Shown here piece after piece: positions 1 to 10,535 of a stretch of DNA of 33,294 nucleotides (position 1 is the first letter of the stretch; every line of letters begins with the position of its first letter). The notes beneath the pieces are model-generated. The model searched no databases. It had not been told where the DNA came from and was given only the letters and a program-made list of their open reading frames with translations. The position numbers were made by a program, and so were the translations under genes. Origin of the DNA: Octopus bimaculoides (taxonomy: Eukaryota); contig NC_068985.1 of assembly GCF_001194135.2 (NCBI RefSeq), positions 61,522,550-61,555,843 on the forward strand, given 5' to 3'.

Positions 1-56
1 TATATATATATATATACACAGAGAAAGAGAGAGAGAGAGAGAGAGATAGAGAGAGA
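1..56. repeat. (TA)n followed by (GA)n microsatellite
   Basis: Directly visible dinucleotide runs. Confidence 0.95.
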
Positions 57-639
57 TGGGGTCTATTTGTCTTGAGTTTTTGATCATAGAAATTAATGGT
101 CCTATTTTCTAACCTTACTCCACTCCATTCTCAACTCACTCCTCTAATATCTTTCACTTACTTTTTTCTCTCTTGTTTTTCTTTCATTATTGATCTTGCC
201 CATTCATATAAATGTAGTTGAATCTTCTATTTGGAAACATTATTCTGCAAACACTAGCATTCATTTACATTTAGTTCTAATGGAGATTGCTCTCATTCTA
301 ACTAATCTATTAGTGTATGATCTCCTCACTTACTTTGTCTTTCATACATTGATGAATATCCCTTCTCTCTATCACGCATATACGTAGATGTATTTGTGTG
401 TTGTGTGTATATGTGTACCTCCCTGTGTGTGTTCATGTGTTTATCCGTGTGTATGTTTTTAAATATTATACTAACGAACACCATTTTAGAGTCATTTAAC
501 TTATTTTGCTGCATCACAAACTCAACGATGGAAAGCTAAACCAGTCCTTCTTATATGCAGATTATTGAATATTATAACTATAGTTTAATGAATATTATTA
601 TTTATAATTATTTTTAATAATCTGTTTTTATTCTATTTC

Positions 640-800
640 AGGTTGGAATCAGTAGAATTTACATTATCCTTAGTATCTTATCCCGTCTCGTAAAACTTCC
701 CAACATTCCCTTTATTTAACCAAATTTTGTAACCACAAATACACCTAAATCTTTTACTGCTACACTCCTCAAATGTATTATTGCTTTAGATTTCACCCTA
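640..800 (-). mobile_element. Possible highly decayed CR1/L2-type LINE RT C-terminal fragment
   Basis: Minus-strand translation gives ...RSVAVKDLGVFV... (KDLGV at 740-754) then GMLGSFTRRDKILRIM*ILLIP, resembling the KDLGV...LG.I.R.F..RD..L..LY..LV.P region of CR1/L2 ORF2. Has stops; similarity is weak. Confidence 0.3.
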
Positions 801-1636
801 ACTTCTTCAAATTTATTTGCACAATCGTAAATCTAGAAACTCTCACCAATTCAATACTTTTTAGTAGTTACTTTTTTTCTTACCTACGAGCCAAGACTTG
901 CTCTTTTTAATTTCAAACCTTTAAGAAATCTATTTACATTAAGCCTTAATCTAAAAATAGAACTTAACGATGTTTTAAAACTTTACTTCACTTTTGCCAA
1001 ATTACTCCTGTTCTCTTTATTGTCTTCTTACTTATCTTCTCAATCTACATACGGTTTCTCTCATACGTTCAGAAGATTCCATGGTTGAATACCCCCCCCC
1101 CCCCACTAACTTTAGCAAATATTAATAGCTTCCTTGCTTGATAGCCACCCCCACACACACATACACACATACGCACACACATACACAAATACATACAGAC
1201 ATATAGGTATATGAACACACACCACACACGCATACACATAATTATGTAGATAGGGTAAATCTCAACAATTTCATCTTGAAGCACATCTGCTTATTCTCTT
1301 ATTTCAATCCAATATGCAGTTTCAGATTCCACTGTGTGCTAGTGAAAAATACATACTAAAATTAAGAATTATCGAAATATTATTTCCTGCTATTATATAA
1401 CAAAACAGGAAGCTGGAGATTTTTTGGTATTAATTATTCACCATTACGCGTGTTTCATTTGCTAATAGGAGTTACAAAATTTTACATGTCAGATAGACAT
1501 GTAAGGAATTTCCAATTAGAAATTCTGCAGAGAAATTAACTAATACAAACCTTATATATGGATAAAGCGTTTATATTTAGTCAGTATTCAGGAACAGTAT
1601 AGATAGTTTTAGTGGGGGAAGAAAAGACCTCACTCA

Positions 1637-1639
<3 letters not shown>

Positions 1640-1695
<56 letters not shown>

Positions 1696-2828
1696 TATAC
1701 ACACNNNNNNNNNNCACTCACATAAGGGATATGTATACAAAATCATACGCATGTACTGATTTAGATGGATATACACAAGTCTAAGCATGTATATTTTTAC
1801 AAATATACGTATATAAAAACATACTCTCATATACAAGTACACACACACATACACACACATACACACACATAAACCTGACATACGAACTCACACACAAACA
1901 CTCATACGAATATACACTCATACATATATACATATATACATATATACGAATATACACATATACATATATAAACACGTATATATACGTANNNNNNNNNNNN
2001 NNNNNNNNNNNNNNNNNNNNNNNNNNNNNNNNNNNNNNNNNNNNNNNNNNNNNNNNNNNNNNNNNNNNNNNNNNNNNNNNNNNNNNNNNNNNNNNNNNNN
2101 NNNNNNNNNNNNNNNNNNNNNNNNNNNNNNNNNNNNNNNNNNNNNNNNNNNNNNNNNNNNNNNNNNNNNNNNNNNNNNNNNNNNNNNNNNNNNNNNNNNN
2201 NNNNNNNNNNNNNNNNNNNNNNNNNNNNNNNNNNNNNNNNNNNNNNNNNNNNNNNNNNNNNNNNNNNNNNNNNNNNNNNNNNNNNNNNNNNNNNNNNNNN
2301 NNNNNNNNNNNNNNNNNNNNNNNNNNNNNNNNNNNNNNNNNNNNNNNNNNNNNNNNNNNNNNNNNNNNNNNNNNNNNNNNNNNNNNNNNNNNNNNNNNNN
2401 NNNNNNNNNNNNNNNNNNNNNNNNNNNNNNNNNNNNNNNNNNNNNNNNNNNNNNNNNNNNNNNNNNNNNNNNNNNNNNNNNNNNNNNNNNNNNNNNNNNN
2501 NNNNNNNNNNNNNNNNNNNNNNNNNNNNNNNNNNNNNNNNNNNNNNNNNNNNNNNNNNNNNNNNNNNNNNNNNNNNNNNNNNNNNNNNNNNNNNNNNNNN
2601 NNNNNNNNNNNNNNNNNNNNNNNNNNNNNNNNNNNNNNNNNNNNNNNNNNNNNNNNNNNNNNNNNNNNNNNNNNNNNNNNNNNNNNNNNNNNNNNNNNNN
2701 NNNNNNNNNNNNNNNNNNNNNNNNNNNNNNNNNNNNNNNNNNNNNNNNNNNNNNNNNNNNNNNNNNNNNNNNNNNNNNNNNNNNNNNNNNNNNNNNNNNN
2801 NNNNNNNNNNNNNNNNNNNNNNNNNNNN

Positions 2829-2865
<37 letters not shown>

Positions 2866-3018
2866 ATATGCGTGTACATATGTATATGAGTGTATGCATG
2901 TATATGTATATATTTATACACCCCCATATATATATGTATGTATGTATATATATGTGTGTATTTGTATGCGTCTGTGTGTGTGTGTGCATATGTTTGTGTA
3001 TATGTATATGCATGTTTG

Positions 3019-3062
<44 letters not shown>
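1640..3062. repeat. Compound (TA)n/(CA)n/(TG)n microsatellite field spanning assembly gaps
   Basis: Directly visible; includes N-runs 1705-1714 and 1989-2828. Confidence 0.9.
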
Positions 3063-3063
<1 letters not shown>

Positions 3064-3246
3064 TTAAATAATTTGGGAAAACGAATTTCCAAATCAATCA
3101 GGTAGGACCCTTTATCATTACATGCCTCTGCATATAGTACACTGGGGTCTTGCTTATATATTTATACATTTATCTAGAAATCAAAAATAATTCAGTTTTG
3201 GGGATTAATAGATATGCAGGTATTCTATTTCAAATAATACAAAAAA

Positions 3247-4233
3247 TAACCTAATGAGTAAACTCGTGGTATCTATTTGCACATCATGAAATGATACTTT
3301 AAAGGATATAACCAGTATACCAGCAGGGTATAAAATATACTTCCTTAATTATCTCTTACTTAAGTTAAAATTAAAATTATCAATTATGAAGGAACTACAC
3401 GTGTTTCAGTAATGGAAGTTTATAATATATATACATATATACATATAAATATATATATGCAATCATATTTACATTTTTACCAACACGTCTTCAGGTTCTA
3501 TTTCAAAATATTGTTAATCTAATTTTATATCCTTAAAATTAAGTGTTAAATTAACCATTAAATTAAACATTAAAAATTATACTTTATAAACTTAAGAATT
3601 AAAAATTATAAATTATAGATTATACATTATAAAGATGAATTAGTATATATATATATCAAACTTATGAAGTGAAGTATATAATGTCAAATACAAAATATAA
3701 GATATAAAATATACATCAGAATAAAAATATCTGTGATTAAGTGTGAAATGTACGATATACAGATGCATGTAATGCTACAGGGTTGTACCTGATTGATTTT
3801 GGTACATCCTTCAAAGATGAATTCCACTCTTTATAATGTATAATGTATAATTTATAATTTTTAATTCTTAATTTTATAAAGTATAATTTTTAATGATTAA
3901 TTTAATGTTTAATTTAACACTTAATTTTAAGGTGATGTAAAATTAGATTTACAATATTTTGAAATAGAACATGAAGTTGTGTTGGTAGAATTGTAAATAT
4001 GATGACTGCATATATATATTTATATGTGCATATATATATATATATATATTATAATCTTCCAATACTGAAACACGTGTTTCATAATTGATAATTTTAATTT
4101 TAACTTAAGTAAGAGATAATTAAGGAAGTATATTTTATACCCTGCTGGTGTGCTGGTTATATCCTTTAAGATATTATTTCGTCATGTGCAAATAGATACC
4201 ACGAGTTTACCTTCAGATATACTCATTAGGTTA
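3247..4233. repeat. Long AT-rich imperfect inverted repeat (foldback): arms 3247-3635 and 3828-4233, spacer about 190 bp
   Basis: TAACCTAATGAGTAAACTCGTGGTATCTATTTGCACAT (3247) pairs with ATGTGCAAATAGATACCACGAGTTTAC..TCATTAGGTTA (to 4233); CCAGCAGGGTATAAAATATACTTCCTTAATTATCTCTTACTTAAG pairs with its reverse complement at about 4105-4150; matching continues to TACATTATAAAGA/TCTTTATAATGTA. Confidence 0.95.
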
Positions 4234-4419
4234 NNNNNNNNNNNNNNNNNNNNNNNNNNNNNNNNNNNNNNNNNNNNNNNNNNNNNNNNNNNNNNNNNNN
4301 NNNNNNNNNNNNNATAATAACATTAGGGACAAAATCCAAAATTACAGGTAAAAACTCAATTAAAATCAATTTATAAAAAATTAAAATTAAATTGAGCTTT
4401 ACAGAGTAAAATATATATA

Positions 4420-5725
4420 TATATATATATATATATCGGACTCACAGTGATGAATTGATCTTTTAACACCTATAACATTCACACACATATAAACACACAC
4501 ACACACGCATACATATATATACACATAACATGCATATACATACGTACATATATGCATACATATACACACACTTATACAAGTACTCACATACAAATACAAA
4601 GCCATACAAGCCTTCTGTAGTTTTTTCACTCTTGTTTATCTTTTATACATCCAGCCACGTGCTTTCACATACCAATTTTCTCACCTATATATATATATAC
4701 ATATATATGTATATATATGTATATACATGTATATATATATATATAGCCAGTATGCTCCGTTGGATGTGTAATGTCAATGTGAATACCCGTCAGAGTGTAA
4801 GTATCTTGAGAGAAAAGCTGAACATTAGAAGCATCAGTTGTGGTGTGCAAGAGNNNNNNNNNNNNNNNNNNNNNNNNNNNNNNNNNNNNNNNNNNNNNNN
4901 NNNNNNNNNNNNNNNNNNNNNNNNNNNNNNNNNNNNNNNNNNNNNNNNNNNNNNNNNNNNNNNNNNNNNNNNNNNNNNNNNNNNNNNNNNNNNNNNNNNN
5001 NNNNNNNNNNNNNNNNNNNNNNNNNNNNNNNNNNNNNNNNNNNNNNNNNNNNNNNNNNNNNNNNNNNNNNNNNNNNNNNNNNNNNNNNNNNNNNNNNNNN
5101 NNNNNNNNNNNNNNNNNNNNNNNNNNNNNNNNNNNNNNNNNNNNNNNNNNNNNNNNNNNNNNNNNNNNNNNNNNNNNNNNNNNNNNNNNNNNNNNNNNNN
5201 NNNNNNNNNNNNNNNNNNNNNNNNNNNNNNNNNNNNNNNNNNNNNNNNNNNNNNNNNNNNNNNNNNNNNNNNNNNNNNNNNNNNNNNNNNNNNNNNNNNN
5301 NNNNNNNNNNNNNNNNNNNNNNNNNNNNNNNNNNNNNNNNNNNNNNNNNNNNNNNNNNNNNNNNNNNNNNNNNNNNNNNNNNNNNNNNNNNNNNNNNNNN
5401 NNNNNNNNNNNNNNNNNNNNNNNNNNNNNNNNNNNNNNNNNNNNNNNNNNNNNNNNNNNNNNNNNNNNNNNNNNNNNNNNNNNNNNNNNNNNNNNNNNNN
5501 NNNNNNNNNNNNNNNNNNNNNNNATATATATATATATATATATATATATACATGGCTTTATATTTGTATGTGAGTACTTGTATAAGTGTGTGTATATGTA
5601 TGCATATATGTGCGTATGCATATGCATGTTATGTGTATATATATGTATGCGTGTATGTGTGTGTGAATGTTATAGGTGTTAAAAGATCAATTCATCACTG
5701 TGAGTCCGATATATATATATATTTA
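4420..5725. repeat. Inverted pair of about 180-bp segments (4420-4605 and 5552-5725) flanking an RTE fragment and a gap
   Basis: Non-microsatellite core TCGGACTCACAGTGATGAATTGATCTTTTAACACCTATAACATTCACAC (4436) is the reverse complement of the sequence at about 5661-5709; the ORF track shows the same peptide (MALYLYVSTCISV...VNVIGVKRSIHHCESD) on opposite strands. Confidence 0.9.
4746..4853 (+). mobile_element. RTE-clade LINE 3' ORF fragment, truncated by a gap
   Basis: Encodes MLRWMCNVNVNTRQSVSILREKLNIRSISCGVQE, matching the RTE post-RT 'MLRWMC...' motif. Confidence 0.75.
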
Positions 5726-5748
5726 TATATATACACACACACACACAT

Positions 5749-6294
5749 AGTAAAGTCTACGTGCCAACACAAAGTGGCAGTCTTACGCAGGACGATGTTA
5801 TTACTTTTCAACCTCAGGAAAACATCTTTTCCAACTGGCTACCGACACATGGTCTGTGTCCGTATACTGTGAGAAAGGGAATCTATTGGCGATACTTGTA
5901 GACCAATGGTTTCTGGGCTATTTCTCTTCCTCGATACAGGACAATCACCGGGTAGAGATGGTAGCCACTCGACCTTGCTCACAGTATATACTTTTAAAGC
6001 AACACACAGTCGCTGGTCTCGTAAAGAGAACAACTAGTTTTAAATATCTGAGCGAGAAGTATGTAGTAACAGTGTAGGACAGTAAAGTCTATTTACCAAC
6101 ACAATGCAGCAGTCCTACGCAGGAGGATGTTACTACTTTTTAGCCCAAGGAAAACATCTTTTCCAGTTGGCTACCGACACGTGATCTGTATCCGTATACT
6201 GTGAGCACGGGAGTCTTTTGCTCTCTTTCTAGTCTTAGCAATACCTGTAGACTAATGGTTTCTGGGTTATTTCTCCTCCCTGGTACAGGACAAT
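5749..6294 (+). repeat. Diverged tandem duplication, period about 332 bp (copy 1 from 5749, copy 2 from 6081, truncated)
   Basis: AGTAAAGTCTA..CCAACACAA..GCAGTC.TACGCAGGA.GATGTTA..GGAAAACATCTTTTCCA..TGGCTACCGACAC..TCCGTATACTGTGAG..GTAGAC.AATGGTTTCTGGG.TATTTCTC..TACAGGACAAT occurs at 5749-5945 and 6081-6294. Confidence 0.9.
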
Positions 6295-6734
6295 ATATAT
6301 CTATATATATATGCTAGCTTATTGAATATATTAAAAACAGTATTTGTAACTTAAACCAATTAATGTCCACACCAGCAAAAGAAATCATATAATGGCAGCT
6401 TCCCCCAAAATATATAGTATATATATGATATATATAGTATATCTTATGATGTCACCTTAAACCCCGTTTTTCTTTTGTCTTGGTAACATAGGGGATGATA
6501 AATTATTTTGTCAATATTTTTTAGAACATTTCATTGATACTACTGAAATGATGTTATTTATTTTAGCAGCTATTCAACATTGTCATCCTCATTCCGTCAA
6601 AATTATATTGTAATCACACAGAGGTTACTTGTTTCACTTCAATTGGTTTCTTTTTCATCATTCCGTTTGCAAAAATACCTACGGCCTAAGATTCACAAAT
6701 CCTCCAAACGGATTATGGAGTAAATTCCTAAATA

Positions 6735-6840
6735 TGTGACAAAGCACCAACGGTATTTATTACCTTCTGAGTTTAAATCTCACCGAGTTCAACTGCCATC
6801 CCTCCATGGTTAATAAATGTACTGGGGGTCAATTTAATAT
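6735..6840 (+). mobile_element. Decayed tRNA-derived SINE (same family as 19641-19854 and 29186-29390)
   Basis: TTCTGAGTTTAAATCTCACCGAGTTCAACT...GTACTGGGGGTCAAT matches the B-box/central region of the better-preserved copies. Confidence 0.55.
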
Positions 6841-7059
6841 TCTTATAAAGTACATAGATGTGAGTGGAGTGGTAAAAGAAAAGACTAAGACAAAGACTCT
6901 CATGTAGCGGTTTGGCTCTTTATCCTCGCTAAACTTTTTAACTTTATAAATATTTAGTGCAAAGTATGAAAATATTTTCCAGTTACGTCAATCTTTGAGA
7001 GGTATACCATTTAAGCCCGCACCAACTACTGAGTGACCTCTCACTTTAGACATCTCAAT

Positions 7060-7800
7060 CTAATTACTTTCTCCTTAAACGGAATTAAAATCATAATAGA
7101 AATAGGGATCCAAGAGACAGCAACTATCAGGAAAGCATATATCAAGTCCCGTTTATATGAAACCCATATATGAAACCGTCTATCGTAGTTGAAGGAATAA
7201 TACTAAAAGTGGTAAGCAAGTTTGTCTCATTGGACAGCAGACTCAGCCGTTCTTTCTCCTTGGATGATGACATCTGTAAGGCAACTGATTTCTTCAGGGC
7301 TCTTGAGACACGTGTCTGGTCTCAACATAGCATCACAAGCCGAACAAAAGTTGTACTGTGTGCGAGTGCTGACGTTACACCTTTACCCATGTGAGATATG
7401 GAATCATGTAAGGATTCTTGAACTATTCCATTAGAAATGTCTGAGATATATTCTGAATGTTGGCTGGTCCTTGCGGACTCCAGACGATGGTCTTGAGGGT
7501 AACCGATATCCTGAACATTGAGGTGATGATGCACAAGAACCGTTTATGTTGGAGTGAATTCCTTGTTCGGGTGAATGATCAGAAGATTCTTAAGCAGATA
7601 CTATATGGTGAACTTGTTTGGGGATAGTGCCTTCAGCAGAAATCAAGACTATGATTTAAGAATCGTATAAAGTCCTCGTTGAAGGTTTGTGAAATATGGG
7701 ACGTCAGTTGGGAAGGCAATGTTTGTCATTGCCTCATTGGAAGAAACAAGTGAAAGAAGGAGTGAATGTTTTTGAAAAAAGAAAGAAAACAACCCCAAAA
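7060..7800 (+). mobile_element. Decayed RTE (BovB-like) LINE, RT C-terminus and downstream domain
   Basis: LKVVSKFVSLDSRLSRSFSLDDDICKATDFFRALETRVWSQHSITSRTKV, then LRYILNVGW, and VLRVTDILNIEVMMHKNRLCWSEFLVRVNDQKILKQILYGELVWG*...WE...KQVKEGVNVFE; follows the RTE C-terminal pattern (..RIPKQ.LYGEL..G). Multiple stops and frameshifts. Confidence 0.85.
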
Positions 7801-8131
7801 CGTGCAATTTTCATAGAAATTAAGGCGAGCTGCTCAGAAACGCACAGTGTAGTGTAGTGAATAGGAGAAGCTTAGTCCACAATAGGTGAGGACGTTTATG
7901 TTTATCGAAAGCTGGGGTCATTAGTCATCAATGGTGTTACAAGTGTAAGTATAAATTGACTCACAAGTGTGAAGTATAAGTTTGTCTGAGTGCACAATGT
8001 TCCTAATGGTAAATGATGGTCTTCCTCGGTCACTGACAGTCAGCATATACTCGTATATATACATATACATACATACATACATACATACATATGTATAAGT
8101 ATGTATGCATATATACATGTNNNNNNNNNNC

Positions 8132-8174
<43 letters not shown>

Positions 8175-8519
8175 TATACATACATACATACATACATACA
8201 TATGTATAAGTATGTATGCATATATACATGTGTGCATATATACATATATGCATATATATATTTATATATGTAAGTAACAAAGAAGTACGGGTTTCAATTC
8301 ATTACGCCCGTTTCCAACGACTCCTTTAATTGATTAATGAGAACCATTGCATCATTGTAAAGAAACCGTTTTCGTCAGATGAATTCTTGTCCTTCAAACG
8401 TAAAGGACAGTTTAACTTATTCAACATAGTTAACAAATGCACGGAGTAAAAATATTTACATTGATCCTGGCAGAATGAACTTACGAGAATAGTGTGCATA
8501 TATGTGTATGTATGTATGT

Positions 8520-8558
<39 letters not shown>

Positions 8559-8623
8559 TGTATTTCGTTTTTGTATTTGGTTTGCAAGATTCTTTATGTG
8601 AATTCGTGTGTTGAAGCATATTT

Positions 8624-8828
8624 TATTGTGTCTGGGGAGATTCATTCTGTTTTAATGCCTTATTAATTAATACACTCACTGGTTCGATTTCCACTCATTT
8701 ACTTATTTATTTTTTCTAAAAATTTCGCTGCTTCTTGCAACCTATTGAAGAGGTTGCAAAAAGCAAGGAAAAGTGAATCGAACCGGTTTTAAGGCATTAA
8801 AACAGAATGACTCTCTCCAGTCACAATA
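8624..8828. repeat. About 205-bp palindrome (inverted junction), possibly two Penelope-like terminal repeats or a MITE; right arm runs into a gap
   Basis: TATTGTGTCTGGGGAGATTCATTCTGTTTTAATGCCTTA (8624) vs TAAGGCATTAAAACAGAATGACTCTCTCCAGTCACAATA (to 8828); central perfect stem TTGCAACCT-attgaag-AGGTTGCAA. The palindrome is certain; the Penelope assignment is inference. Confidence 0.8.
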
Positions 8829-10351
8829 NNNNNNNNNNNNNNNNNNNNNNNNNNNNNNNNNNNNNNNNNNNNNNNNNNNNNNNNNNNNNNNNNNNNNNNN
8901 NNNNNNNNNNNNNNNNNNNNNNNNNNNNNNNNNNNNNNNNNNNNNNNNNNNNNNNNNNNNNNNNNNNNNNNNNNNNNNNNNNNNNNNNNNNNNNNNNNNN
9001 NNNNNNNNNNNNNNNNNNNNNNNNNNNNNNNNNNNNNNNNNNNNNNNNNNNNNNNNNNNNNNNNNNNNNNNNNNNNNNNNNNNNNNNNNNNNNNNNNNNN
9101 NNNNNNNNNNNNNNNNNNNNNNNNNNNNNNNNNNNNNNNNNNNNNNNNNNNNNNNNNNNNNNNNNNNNNNNNNNNNNNNNNNNNNNNNNNNNNNNNNNNN
9201 NNNNNNNNNNNNNNNNNNNNNNNNNNNNNNNNNNNNNNNNNNNNNNNNNNNNNNNNNNNNNNNNNNNNNNNNNNNNNNNNNNNNNNNNNNNNNNNNNNNN
9301 NNNNNNNNNNNNNNNNNNNNNNNNNNNNNNNNNNNNNNNNNNNNNNNNNNNNNNNNNNNNNNNNNNNNNNNNNNNNNNNNNNNNNNNNNNNNNNNNNNNN
9401 NNNNNNNNNNNNNNNNNNNNNNNNNNNNNNNNNNNNNNNNNNNNNNNNNNNNNNNNNNNNNNNNNNNNNNNNNNNNNNNNNNNNNNNNNNNNNNNNNNNN
9501 NNNNNNNNNNNNNNNNNNNNNNNNNNNNNNNNNNNNNNNNNNNNNNNNNNNNNNNNNNNNNNNNNNNNNNNNNNNNNNNNNNNNNNNNNNNNNNNNNNNN
9601 NNNNNNNNNNNNNNNNNNNNNNNCGTCGCCACATCAGCAACATGAGTCTACGACTACTAACCAGCATCATCGTCATGACCAACACGATTCTACGATTACT
9701 ACTAACCAGCATCAATCTCCACCAGCGTCAACACGACTTACTATGTACACCAAACTAAACCACCGCGGCACATCTCTCTCTTCGATTCTGTTAGGTGACT
9801 CAGCTTCACCACGATAATAAACAGACAAGAGATTTCAGCCAGCGACGAACGACGAACATCTGTATAACAAGAATCACGGCCCGGCATGGAAGCCACCACA
9901 TCACAACTAGTGATCAGCGCTGCCACACACAGCCTCACTCCCTTCACATACAGACTCATACTAATGTGTACTGAAGAACTGGTATAAATGCTCACGTGTT
10001 ATTGACTCTCTTTCTATCTGCTGTAATATCTCACATACACATACATGTATCACTCACATACACACTTTTCTTTGTATGACGGCCTGTCTTTTATTATGTT
10101 CTTATATGTCGCATTCACACTCTCACACAGACATACACTTTAACGCCATAATAAATATCTGTTATTCATCTCATACGGTTGTCTTTTCTATCGTCTCATT
10201 ACTGGCTATTTGTGTTATCGTAGTATAAAATATCTTATGTATATCATCTTTGATATATTATTTTGTGTTCGACCGTGTGACGCGTTTAAATAAAAGGAGT
10301 CCTCTGTTTTTCCATCCGTCACCATTTCTCCTTTTTGAGTTCGCACGGTCG

Positions 10352-10535
10352 TTTTTTTCTTTTACTTATTTCAGTCATTTGACTGCGGCGATGCTGGAGC
10401 ACCGCCTTTAGTCAAATCAAATCGACCCCAGGATTTATTCTTTGTAAGCCTAGTACTTATTCCATCGGTTCTTTTGCCGAGCCGCTAAGTTACGGGGACC
10501 TAAACACACCAGCATCGGTTGTCAAGCGATGTTGG
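10352..10535 (-). mobile_element. 3' part of a SINE with A-rich tail; 5' end lost in a gap
   Basis: Reverse complement reads ...GGCAAAAGAACCGATGGAATAAGTACTAGG...CCTGGGGTCGATTTG...AAAGGCGGTGCTCCAGCATCGCCGCAGTCAAATGACTGAAATAAGTAAAAGAAAAAAA; shares the GAT..AATAAGTAC and CTGGGGTCGAT motifs with other SINE copies here. Confidence 0.75.

Noticed and set aside
1482-1504. 9-bp perfect hairpin TTACATGTC-agata-GACATGTAA
   Set aside because: Short, isolated and expected by chance in 33 kb of AT-rich DNA.
3247-4233. Mitochondrial insertion (NUMT) suggested by extreme AT content
   Set aside because: No recognisable mitochondrial ORF, rRNA or tRNA; the structure is an inverted repeat.
5749-6294. CRISPR-like array interpretation of regularly spaced repeats (also 28294-28484 and 31130-31300)
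   Set aside because: Eukaryotic context, diverged units, no constant repeat with unique spacers, and no cas genes.
8055-8235. Direct repeat of about 60 bp on either side of a 10-N gap
   Set aside because: Typical unmerged contig overlap or allelic microsatellite artefact.
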